Shown here: in pieces, positions 29,261 to 38,013 of the stretch | How the letters are laid out: each line of letters opens with the position of its first letter | How positions within the stretch are numbered: the first letter of the stretch is position 1 | NCBI GenBank assembly: GCA_902521325.1 | Contig: CABYRE010000004.1 | Location: forward strand, 3,743 to 67,742 | Direction: 5' to 3' | DNA from: an uncultured Alphaproteobacteria bacterium | GTDB lineage: Bacteria > Pseudomonadota > Alphaproteobacteria > HIMB59 > GCA-002718135 | DNA length: 64,000 nt | Notes under the pieces: model-generated | What the model saw: the letters and a program-made list of their open reading frames with translations, nothing else | Databases searched by the model: none | Told to the model about the DNA's origin: nothing | Program-made: the position numbers and the translations under genes

Positions 29261-29989
29261 TTATAAATGAGGATTAATCTTACTAAATTTTTTCTCTAAT
29301 ATATCATTATTTTTTTTAGCATTTGGCATATTTACACTGATGTAAAATGGGAATAATTTTTCATTTTTTAAGATATTTGCAACTTCAATTAAAATTGAAT
29401 TTAAAATAAAAGATCCGGTAATTGTTGAAGCTGGCCCAACCACTTTGTCTTTAATATTTATAATAGCATCACCAGGTGGAATCTTATTATCAATAAATAT
29501 ATCCGTTATTTCAAATAACCTTTTATTCAATTTAGATAAAGGAGCTTGCTTTGAAAATTTAACAGATGTTAGTGAAATAGTTTTTATTTTCTTTTTCTTA
29601 GCAATCAAAGCCGCTTCTACTGGTGCGTGATTGACACCCGAATTAGATACAATCATCAAAATATCTTTGCTAGTAATTTTATATTTAGCTAGAGCTTTTT
29701 TTGCAATATTTGGAGTTCTTTCAAGAGCAGTAGCTTTTCTTGCTCCTTTTTTAAAACTGAGATCATCATCTCTTATTGGGCATGCTGCAGCAAAACCTCC
29801 TGCTCTGTGAAATGACTCTTCTCCAAGTAATCTAGAGTGTCCAGTTCCAAAAATATATAACTGCCCACCCTTTTTATATGATTTACTAATTAACTTAGCA
29901 CACTGTAAGAATTTTTTTTCTTCTTCTTTTAATATCTTCTTTAAAATCGAATTTATCTTTGATGAATATGATCTTATTAATTTACTCAT
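29261..29989 (-). CDS. SIS-domain protein (UPF0309 type)
   Basis: Single SIS fold with FGTGHS and VSNSGVN blocks. Confidence 0.65.
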   Translation of the reverse strand: MSKLIRSYSSKINSILKKILKEEEKKFLQCAKLISKSYKKGGQLYIFGTGHSRLLGEESFHRAGGFAAACPIRDDDLSFKKGARKATALERTPNIAKKALAKYKITSKDILMIVSNSGVNHAPVEAALIAKKKKIKTISLTSVKFSKQAPLSKLNKRLFEITDIFIDNKIPPGDAIINIKDKVVGPASTITGSFILNSILIEVANILKNEKLFPFYISVNMPNAKKNNDILEKKFSKINPHL

Positions 29990-30007
29990 TTGATTTTTAA
30001 ACTAGAT

Positions 30008-30030
30008 GCTAGGGCAATATTTGCCCTAGC
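30008..30030 (-). terminator. Intercistronic stem-loop just downstream of the SBP gene
   Basis: GCTAGGGCAA-TAT-TTGCCCTAGC, a 10-bp palindromic stem. No strong U-tract. Confidence 0.45.
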
Positions 30031-30042
30031 AAAATAATGTAA

Positions 30043-31254
30043 TTATTTGTATTCTTCTAACTCTTCAGCTGCTTCAGCTACTAAATCCGCAGCATCTCCT
30101 TCACCAAGAATTACACCTTGGATCATTGAGTTCATAACAGTTTGAAAAGCTTTATAGTCTACAAACAGTGGCTCTGGTCCACCATCACCAATTGCATCAA
30201 TAAACATCATCCAATAATCTTCATTATATGGAGCTTCTTTTCCAATTTGAGGATATTGCATAATTGGAGTTAAGCCCCAATCAGTGTCAAGACTGTATTG
30301 AGAGTCACCTGATGCGATTATACTAGCTATTTCCATTGCCTCTTTCTCAACACCAGTGTTTGAAAAAACAGCAAGACTATCTGTTATTAAAAGAGTACCT
30401 TGACTTCCTTGTGGTCCAGCAGGAATTCTAACTGTTTTTACATTTAGACCTTCCTTATGCTGACCTCTACCCCAAGGTCCATTAATATACATAGCAATTT
30501 TTTCATCATTAAAGAGTTCTGTTAACTGAGATCTCTCCCAAGCCAAAGGACCTTCTTGAGAAACATTTGCTAATTTTCCATAAAATTCTAATGTTTCAAC
30601 TGCATTAGATGAATTTAAAGTTATTTCGTTTGTAACTGGATCAATGACTTGTCCACCATTACTGTATAGGTAATTTAAGAATTGGTGCATAGTGTTATCA
30701 AAATCTTTACCAGCTAGTCCAATTCCTGATGCTCCATCAACATTTTTTGTTACAGCTTCAGCCATTGAATATAGTTCATCCCAAGTTTGAGGACCTTCAC
30801 ATGCAACACCAGCCTTTTCTAAAAGACCACAATTCATGAAGAGTGCTTTAGTAGAAAACGCATGAGGAAAACCCCAAGTTTTACCCATATGAGTAACTGT
30901 ATTTAAGATACCTGGTTGATACATTGCTTGTTGTGAAGCAGGAATATTTGTTTCCAAGATATGTCCGTTTTCTGCAAGACCTTTTAAAGTTCTAGATCCA
31001 ACATATGAAAATGCAACGGGATCACCGGCAATAGCAAGATTGATTACTTTATCCTGACATGTTCCCCAAGGAACAGCCTCTAGAGTTACGTTAACTCCGG
31101 GATTGTCTTCCATATACTTATCAGCTATTTCAACATAATTAGGTCGAAGATCACTACCACAGAATACACCGTGTACGTCAGCAGCATATGCCTTAAAGCC
31201 AACAAGTGAAAGTATAGCAATTGTAAGAAATGAAGATAGTTTTTTGAAAGTCAT
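30043..31254 (-). CDS. Sugar ABC transporter substrate-binding protein (CUT1, family-1 SBP)
   Basis: Signal peptide MTFKKLSSFLTIAILSLVGFKAYA, with GGAGG 4 nt upstream of the ATG. Sits downstream of three CUT1 permease genes. Confidence 0.85.
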   Translation of the reverse strand: MTFKKLSSFLTIAILSLVGFKAYAADVHGVFCGSDLRPNYVEIADKYMEDNPGVNVTLEAVPWGTCQDKVINLAIAGDPVAFSYVGSRTLKGLAENGHILETNIPASQQAMYQPGILNTVTHMGKTWGFPHAFSTKALFMNCGLLEKAGVACEGPQTWDELYSMAEAVTKNVDGASGIGLAGKDFDNTMHQFLNYLYSNGGQVIDPVTNEITLNSSNAVETLEFYGKLANVSQEGPLAWERSQLTELFNDEKIAMYINGPWGRGQHKEGLNVKTVRIPAGPQGSQGTLLITDSLAVFSNTGVEKEAMEIASIIASGDSQYSLDTDWGLTPIMQYPQIGKEAPYNEDYWMMFIDAIGDGGPEPLFVDYKAFQTVMNSMIQGVILGEGDAADLVAEAAEELEEYK

Positions 31255-31329
31255 ATTTCCTCCATTTAAATATAGAACAGAGATAACATTAACAGGCTCT
31301 ATGAAGCAAGTTAGTTTTTGGATATTTCT

Positions 31330-32169
31330 CTAGTTTTTTACTGCCCCAGAAGTCAATCCAGCAACAATATATTTCTGTAAGAAAAGAAAAATAATTAAGA
31401 CAGGGGCTATCCCAACAAGAGAAGCCGCCATCATTTCATTCCACTTAACTGTGGTGTAACCAATAAATTCATATAAACCTGAGGGAATAGGCATGTATTC
31501 TTTCTTCTGATTAAAAGTTATCGCAAATAAGAACTGTTGAGCATAAGATCCTATGAAAGCATATATCCCTACAACTACAAGGCCAGGTGTACTAAGAGGC
31601 GCAATTATGTGTCTGAGTATTTGTACTCTTGATGCACCATCTACAAAAGCAGCTTCCTCTAAATCAATTGGTATTTTTTCAAAGTATGATTTTAATAACC
31701 ATATTGCAGTAGGTATTAAGAAGGCAACACCTGGCACTATCATAGCTTGGTATGTATTTAATAAACCAAAGGTTCTTAAAACTTTATATAATGGTATCAA
31801 AAGTACTGCTCCAGAAAACATATTAATTGCTAATAAAATATACAAAGATGAATTCTTAAAAGGAAATCTAAATCTCGCGTAAGAGTAAGCTGCTGGAATT
31901 ACAAAAAGCAAAGTAACTATAGAAGTTACTGAGGCAAGGAAGAAGCTATTAAAAATATATCGTGGAAGCATTGGTACAGTATTCCACATTTCTCTATATG
32001 CCCAAAAAGATAAATCATCTGAATAAAACTGATAGGGAGAACGAAACAAATGATCTAATGGTCGTAATGAAGCATAAAACATTTCTACAAATGGTAAAAG
32101 TATAAAAGTCATGAAAACTAGTATACCTAAATATAAGATTATCTTTTCGTATAAATTATATTTATCCAA
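31330..32169 (-). CDS. Sugar ABC transporter permease (MalG-like), duplicate copy B
   Basis: EAA loop EEAAFVDGASRVQILRHIIAP. I favour the TTG at 32169, which aligns with the Met start of copy A and leaves a 1-nt gap after copy A's stop. The ORF track ATG at 32208 would overlap copy A by 38 nt. Confidence 0.85.
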   Translation of the reverse strand: MDKYNLYEKIILYLGILVFMTFILLPFVEMFYASLRPLDHLFRSPYQFYSDDLSFWAYREMWNTVPMLPRYIFNSFFLASVTSIVTLLFVIPAAYSYARFRFPFKNSSLYILLAINMFSGAVLLIPLYKVLRTFGLLNTYQAMIVPGVAFLIPTAIWLLKSYFEKIPIDLEEAAFVDGASRVQILRHIIAPLSTPGLVVVGIYAFIGSYAQQFLFAITFNQKKEYMPIPSGLYEFIGYTTVKWNEMMAASLVGIAPVLIIFLFLQKYIVAGLTSGAVKN

Positions 32170-32170
32170 T

Positions 32171-33010
32171 TTAGTTTTTAACTGCTCCTGCAGTAAGTCC
32201 TTCAACAATATATTTTTGTAAAAAAATAAAAACTAATAAAACAGGTGCTATCCCAACAAGAGAAGCCGCCATCATTTCATTCCATTTAACACTTTGATAT
32301 CCTATAAATTCATAGAGTCCAGAAGGAATAGGCATATATTCTTTTTTTTGATTAAACGTAATTGCAAATAAGAACTGCTGTGCATAAGCACCTATAAAAG
32401 CATATATTCCAACTACAACCAATCCAGGAGTACTTAGTGGAGCTATTATATGTCGTAAAATTTGAACCCTTGAAGCTCCATCTACAAAAGCAGCTTCCTC
32501 TAAATCAATTGGTATTTTTTCAAAGTATGATTTTAATAACCAAATAGATGTAGGAATTAAAAATGCTACTCCAGGTACAATCATTGCTTGATAACTATTC
32601 AACAAACCAAAAGTTCTTAAAACTTTATATAATGGTATCAAAAGTACAGCTCCAGAAAACATATTTATTGCAAGCAATACATATAAACTTGTGTTCTTTG
32701 CTGGAAATTTGAAACGAGCATAAGAATATGCTGCTGGGATTACAAAAATAAGTGTTATTACTGCAACTGAAGTTGCTAAAAAAAAACTATTAAATATATA
32801 TCTTCCAAGCATTGGAACTGTATTCCACATTTCTCTATATGCCCAAAAAGATAAATCATCAGAATAAAACTGATACGGTGAGCGAAATAAATGATCTAAT
32901 GGACGAAGGGATGCATAAAACATTTCTACAAAAGGCAGAAGTATAAAAGTCATAAAGATTAAAATACCTGAATAGATAAATATTTTTTCAAAAGTATTAT
33001 ATTTATTCAT
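32171..33010 (-). CDS. Sugar ABC transporter permease (MalG-like), duplicate copy A
   Basis: Same architecture and the identical EAA loop. Start set at M10 (MNKYN), overlapping the upstream permease stop by 8 nt. The ORF track start is 33037. Confidence 0.85.
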   Translation of the reverse strand: MNKYNTFEKIFIYSGILIFMTFILLPFVEMFYASLRPLDHLFRSPYQFYSDDLSFWAYREMWNTVPMLGRYIFNSFFLATSVAVITLIFVIPAAYSYARFKFPAKNTSLYVLLAINMFSGAVLLIPLYKVLRTFGLLNSYQAMIVPGVAFLIPTSIWLLKSYFEKIPIDLEEAAFVDGASRVQILRHIIAPLSTPGLVVVGIYAFIGAYAQQFLFAITFNQKKEYMPIPSGLYEFIGYQSVKWNEMMAASLVGIAPVLLVFIFLQKYIVEGLTAGAVKN

Positions 33011-33902
33011 GAGAAATTTTCTTATTAATTCTTGCAAGTAGAGCTAGGTAGAAACCAGCAAATAAAGTTAATAAAATCATAACAACTACAGCTCTTGCTG
33101 CTCCTCTTCCAAATTTATAATTTCCTAAAGCTTGTTTGTATGTATCTATTATTAATGTTGTTGTTGCACCCCTTGGTCCACCTTCAGTTAATATCCAAAT
33201 TATTTCAAATGAATTGAAAGTCCAAATCGCAGACAGTAATGACATAGTAATTATTACTGGAGTTATTTGAGGAAGGGTAATTTTAAAAAATCTATCCCAT
33301 CTTGAAGCACCATCGCAATAAGCTGCCTCGTATAAATCTCTTGGAACACCTTGCATTGCGGCGAGAAAAAAAACTGTTACCATTGGTGTTCCAACCCAAA
33401 CATCTGCTATTATTGTAGAAATAAAAGCACTTTGCTTGTATGCAAGAAAACCAAATGGACCATCTAAAATACCAGTTCTCATTCCAACACCAGCAATTAT
33501 CCCAAAATATCCATTGTATAACCATAACCAACCCAACATTCCAATTGCAATAGGCACTACCCAGGGAGGCATTACAAGAACTCTAAATATTGATCTTCCT
33601 TTTAAATTCGCATTTAATAAAACAGCTCCAATTAAACCAATAATAAGTTTTAAAGACACTGAAAAAAACATCCAAACAAAAGTTCTAGTTACTATCCCAT
33701 TAAATTTTTTACTTGAAAGCATTTTTTGATAATTTTCAAATCCAACATAATCTTCTCCAGCTAAACTTGAATTTGTGAATGAAAGTCTGATTGTTTCCAA
33801 TAATGGCCATGCAACAATAAGAACTATATAAAGTGCAGCTGGAGCAATCAAAGCATATGCTAAATATGTCTGTGAATTATATGATTTTAATTTTTGTTTC
33901 AT
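33003..33902 (-). CDS. Sugar ABC transporter permease (MalF/UgpA-like)
   Basis: Six hydrophobic segments and EAA loop EAAYCDGASRWDRFFKITLP. Confidence 0.88.
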   Translation of the reverse strand: MKQKLKSYNSQTYLAYALIAPAALYIVLIVAWPLLETIRLSFTNSSLAGEDYVGFENYQKMLSSKKFNGIVTRTFVWMFFSVSLKLIIGLIGAVLLNANLKGRSIFRVLVMPPWVVPIAIGMLGWLWLYNGYFGIIAGVGMRTGILDGPFGFLAYKQSAFISTIIADVWVGTPMVTVFFLAAMQGVPRDLYEAAYCDGASRWDRFFKITLPQITPVIITMSLLSAIWTFNSFEIIWILTEGGPRGATTTLIIDTYKQALGNYKFGRGAARAVVVMILLTLFAGFYLALLARINKKISHE

Positions 33903-33905
33903 ATG

Positions 33906-35051
33906 CTAGTTTAATAAAGAGTCAAATTTATCCCAAGTACTTTTTAAGTCAATTACTTTACCAGTATTTCTAGACTCATCAATTTTCATTGCTACAATTC
34001 CTGCTTCCATACACTCTATTACACCAACTGGTAATTCTTTATTATTTTTTAACAAATAATCATTAATGTCTTTAGCCATTAAACTGTCTGCACCATAGTG
34101 ACCTTTTATTTCTTTGCCAAAAGCTGCTCCATAATCTTCATCAATAAGTACATTATTATTTTCATCATGAGCTTTCATAAATCCTCTAACAAAATCTCCC
34201 TCAATCATTCCTGCAGATCCTATAACTGCAAATCTTCTAAATTCGTCTGGAACTTTCATATTAGTGTGAAAAGATAGTACTGCTTTATTTGCATATTCTA
34301 TTATTGCTACTTGATGATCGACGATATCAGCATCACTATCAAAAACATTTGATTTTGATTCCCAACCTTTCAGCCTGTCTTTTGTATATTGTTCATGAGA
34401 ACCCTCTGGAAGATTATCGGGTATAAAAGATCTTCTTGAACCAAAACTAGCAACTTTAATAGGTCTGCTCTTCGTAATCATTGAATAGAAGTCAATGTCA
34501 TGGCAACATTTCTCCAGTATAAAGCCTCCAGAATATTTTTGTTTTCTTCTCCAGTTTCTCATAAAAAAAGCACCATGCGAGGGTACGATATGTTCTGAAG
34601 CTTCAATCGATATTATATTTCCAATAGCATTTTGATCTAATAATTTTCTCACAGATCTTGCCTGTTGCGAATATCTAAGAACTAAGCCAACTATAATTCT
34701 TTCTTTGCCATATTCTTTTATTAATTTTGCTAACTCAAAAGTTTCTTGTTCGCTTATTACTATAGGTTTCTCAGCAAATATTTGTAATCCTGCTCTTAAT
34801 CCAAGCTTAATATGATCTAGATGTAAATGATTAGGGGACCCAATCATTAACATATCTAGTTTCTCACGATCCAACATTTCGTTTAAACTTGAATATGATT
34901 TATTTGGAAAAAAATTATTTTTCTCAGCAAAATCTTTACCTATTGGCTGAGGATCTACATAAGCAACCATTTCAAAATTTGGATTAACTTTTGAAAATTC
35001 ATTATAAACACCTGCTGTCCTACTCCCAAAACCGACTGCGCCTATTTTCAT
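33906..35051 (-). CDS. Gfo/Idh/MocA family NAD(P)-binding oxidoreductase
   Basis: N-terminal KIGAVGFGSR Rossmann motif and the EKP motif (FAEKPIV). Confidence 0.8.
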   Translation of the reverse strand: MKIGAVGFGSRTAGVYNEFSKVNPNFEMVAYVDPQPIGKDFAEKNNFFPNKSYSSLNEMLDREKLDMLMIGSPNHLHLDHIKLGLRAGLQIFAEKPIVISEQETFELAKLIKEYGKERIIVGLVLRYSQQARSVRKLLDQNAIGNIISIEASEHIVPSHGAFFMRNWRRKQKYSGGFILEKCCHDIDFYSMITKSRPIKVASFGSRRSFIPDNLPEGSHEQYTKDRLKGWESKSNVFDSDADIVDHQVAIIEYANKAVLSFHTNMKVPDEFRRFAVIGSAGMIEGDFVRGFMKAHDENNNVLIDEDYGAAFGKEIKGHYGADSLMAKDINDYLLKNNKELPVGVIECMEAGIVAMKIDESRNTGKVIDLKSTWDKFDSLLN

Positions 35052-35069
35052 ATTTATTTTACTTTAACA

Positions 35070-36932
35070 TTAAAAATTGTGATATCGCCAGCCTAATTTT
35101 TTTAAAAAATCCATAGAATTTAGAAGTGCTGAACGATATTCTATCCATTTTCTTGAAATTTTTCCTTTCCATGCAACTTCTGACAAAGTTGCTAATCTTG
35201 GATTGATCATTTGATCAAAAAATTTTTTATCTGTAATTGTCTCAGACCACAGTTGACCTTGTAACCCTTTTATAAATTCTGATTTCTTTATATCTTTTAT
35301 TGGGTCCCATTCATAAATATCTTTTACTTCAATAGTTGCAGCCCAACAAATACCTCTTTCTTCAGTTGAATTATTATAAGCCATATCAAAATATGTTTTT
35401 TGACCTGGGCAAAGTATAGTCTCAAATCCTTTATTTGTAGTTTCTTTTGCAACTTCTGAATGCTCCCATGAAAAGATCAAACATGATTTATCAATTTTTC
35501 CAGCACTTCCACCCACACCATGATCGATATGAGGAGACACTGCAGCCTCATTCCATGCAGCTGTTCTTTTATTTTTTGATTTTAGAAAATCTATTAAAAA
35601 ATTCATATAGTAATCTTGATATTCCTCTTGTGATTTAATATTATTTTTTTTCATAAACTCGATAATTGCTGGAGAACCTTCCCACGCATTACTTGGTCTT
35701 TCATCAACGCCAACATGAATTACATCATATGAGAAAATATCACTTACTTCATTCAACATATCTTTTAAAAAAGTAACAGTTTTTTCTAAGGAAGGATTTA
35801 TGGTATTATTTTTATACGAACCAACATCTTCACTAACTATATTTGAAGACTGTTCTCTAAGTTCTGGCATGATTTCTAGTAATGCCCAAGAATGTGCTGG
35901 TAAATCAATTTCAGGCATAATCTCGATATTTAATTTTTTTGCATACATAATTAAATCTTTGATATCTTCATGTGAGTAATATCCGCCGTATTTATCATAA
36001 CCACTCCCGTAAAATGGTGGTATTTTATAATTATATCCTCTGTATCCTCCATTTAATGCTAGATTTGGATATTTTTTAATTTCAATTCTCCACGCTTCGT
36101 TATCTGTTAAATGCCAGTGAAATCTATTAAGCTTAAATAATGCCATGTAATTAAATAAACGTTTGATTTCATCAATAGTATAGAATTGTCTTGCACAATC
36201 GAGATGCATTCCTCTCCATTGATATTTTGGATTATCGTGTATTGTACAAATTGGAAGCTTTGTTTGATAGAAAGAAATTAAATGAACTAAAGATATAAGA
36301 CCATATAGCTTTCCACCATAAGTATTGTATTTAATCTCAATATTATCTTTTGTTATCTGCATAAAATATTGATCGTTTAATAACTGATCATCTTTTTTAA
36401 AGGAAATTGGAAATCCTTTTTCAGAAGTAAAATTAATATCCAATTTGGAAATAATATTTTGCAAATTAGAAATAATTTCAATTTCCGTATTTAGATTAAA
36501 TATTTTATTTTCAATATTTATAAATTCATTTTGTAAATGAATTTTTTCTGGCTCAGGAATAATTGGTATAAAATTTTTTGTTTTTAAATCTTCATAAGTT
36601 TTCTTTTTAATTGGTTTTTCAAATATCAAATCTGAAACATTTATATTTAATATACTATTGTTTAATGTATCAATAATGAAAAAACCTTCCGGACCACAGG
36701 AAAGGTTGAAGTTACCAATTTTAGGAATTTGTAAATCTAATAAAATTGTATTTTTTTTTATAGATAACTCGTAATAACGTCCAATTTGCTTAATTATTTC
36801 ACCTCCTGATATAGATTTTATTGAATAAACTAATGAGAAACACAATTTTAAATTTGAATCTACTAATTTATCATCAAGAATAATTTTTAATTTATTTTCA
36901 TTTGTAAAAGATATATTAATTTGATTAGTCAT
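35070..36932 (-). CDS. Beta-N-acetylhexosaminidase (glycoside hydrolase family 20), cytoplasmic
   Basis: Motifs HLDCARQF and HWHLTDNEAWRIE, with a catalytic Asp-Glu pair in HVGVDE. No signal peptide. Confidence 0.88.
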   Translation of the reverse strand: MTNQINISFTNENKLKIILDDKLVDSNLKLCFSLVYSIKSISGGEIIKQIGRYYELSIKKNTILLDLQIPKIGNFNLSCGPEGFFIIDTLNNSILNINVSDLIFEKPIKKKTYEDLKTKNFIPIIPEPEKIHLQNEFINIENKIFNLNTEIEIISNLQNIISKLDINFTSEKGFPISFKKDDQLLNDQYFMQITKDNIEIKYNTYGGKLYGLISLVHLISFYQTKLPICTIHDNPKYQWRGMHLDCARQFYTIDEIKRLFNYMALFKLNRFHWHLTDNEAWRIEIKKYPNLALNGGYRGYNYKIPPFYGSGYDKYGGYYSHEDIKDLIMYAKKLNIEIMPEIDLPAHSWALLEIMPELREQSSNIVSEDVGSYKNNTINPSLEKTVTFLKDMLNEVSDIFSYDVIHVGVDERPSNAWEGSPAIIEFMKKNNIKSQEEYQDYYMNFLIDFLKSKNKRTAAWNEAAVSPHIDHGVGGSAGKIDKSCLIFSWEHSEVAKETTNKGFETILCPGQKTYFDMAYNNSTEERGICWAATIEVKDIYEWDPIKDIKKSEFIKGLQGQLWSETITDKKFFDQMINPRLATLSEVAWKGKISRKWIEYRSALLNSMDFLKKLGWRYHNF

Positions 36933-36945
36933 AACTAGTAATTTT

Positions 36946-38013
36946 ATGAGTTTTAAAGATATATTTAATATAGATGCAGAAGTAAAGGAAAGTGCTCATG
37001 CAAGAGTAAATTTAATTGGTGAACATACCGATTATACTGGTGGATATGTCATGCCTACGCTTTTGTCTTTTAAAAATACCATTGAGATATCTAAAAATAA
37101 TTCTAATGAATTCACAGTTTATTCTCAATATTTTAAAGAAAAAAAAACATTCAATGATTTCAAAAAATCACGCAACAATGAGTGGGTTGATTATATAAAA
37201 GGTTGTTTGTATATTTTTTTTGATGAATATAAGATTTCATCTAGATATTTAAATATTTATATTTTATCTGATATACCTTTAGAAAGAGGTATTTCATCAT
37301 CTTCAGCATTGTGTGTTGCTACACTAAAAGCACTTAATACTTTTTTTGAAACAAAAATCAAAGATCCAGAAATTGCAAAATTAGCAAAGAAAGTAGAATT
37401 CAACTATATAGGTGTTTCAGGTGGAATAATGGATCAAATGGTATCTTCTATTGGTATTCATGGCAAAGCATTCTTTATGAATTGTAAGAATTTAGAATAC
37501 GAACTTATTAATTTTCCAGAAAATTGGAAATTTTGTTTGATTGACTCTGAAGTACAACGAAATTTAAGAGATAGCTCTTATAATGAAAGATTTGCTGAAC
37601 TCCAAGAGGCTGAAAAAAAACTTGGTGTAGAATATTTGGGTGGAGTTAAAAAAGAAAATTTTCAATCAGATAAATTTGACAATAATACTATTGCAAAAAG
37701 AGCAATGCATGTAGTTTTTGAAAATGATAGAGTGATTAATGCGAAAAAAAATTTAATAGAAAATAATATTTACGAGTTTGGAAATTTAATGAATGAAAGT
37801 CACGAATCATATTCTAAAGATTTTGAAGCATCTACTTTGGATGTTGATTTAATTGTTAAAAGATCTGTTGAATGTGGTGCTTTAGGCGCTAGATTGACTG
37901 GTGGTGGATTTGGTGGTTTTACAGTTTCGTTAATTGAAAGAAATAATTTTAGTAATTGGTATAGTAAAATATTAAATTTTTACCCAGCTGAAAAGATTTT
38001 CGAAGTCAATTAG
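36946..38013 (+). CDS. galK: Galactokinase (GHMP kinase family)
   Basis: Galactokinase signature RVNLIGEHTDYTGG, GHMP motif ERGISSSSA and C-terminal GARLTGGGFGG. Confidence 0.85.
   Translation: MSFKDIFNIDAEVKESAHARVNLIGEHTDYTGGYVMPTLLSFKNTIEISKNNSNEFTVYSQYFKEKKTFNDFKKSRNNEWVDYIKGCLYIFFDEYKISSRYLNIYILSDIPLERGISSSSALCVATLKALNTFFETKIKDPEIAKLAKKVEFNYIGVSGGIMDQMVSSIGIHGKAFFMNCKNLEYELINFPENWKFCLIDSEVQRNLRDSSYNERFAELQEAEKKLGVEYLGGVKKENFQSDKFDNNTIAKRAMHVVFENDRVINAKKNLIENNIYEFGNLMNESHESYSKDFEASTLDVDLIVKRSVECGALGARLTGGGFGGFTVSLIERNNFSNWYSKILNFYPAEKIFEVN

Larger units (their letters stand above)
31330..33010 (-). repeat. Tandem duplication (2 x 840 nt, period 841 nt) of a permease gene
   Basis: The two 279-aa products differ at about 30 positions by hand alignment. 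Many third-position nucleotide differences fall within amino-acid-identical stretches. Confidence 0.9.

Noticed and set aside
31330-33010. Tandem permease copies as an assembly or collapse artefact, or a very recent duplication
   Set aside because: The copies differ at many synonymous sites and at about 30 amino-acid positions while both frames stay intact. An artefact or a fresh duplicate would be near-identical.
37016-37198. 60-aa same-strand out-of-frame ORF inside galK
   Set aside because: It is fully contained in the galactokinase reading frame, which carries the diagnostic GEHTDY signature at the same place.
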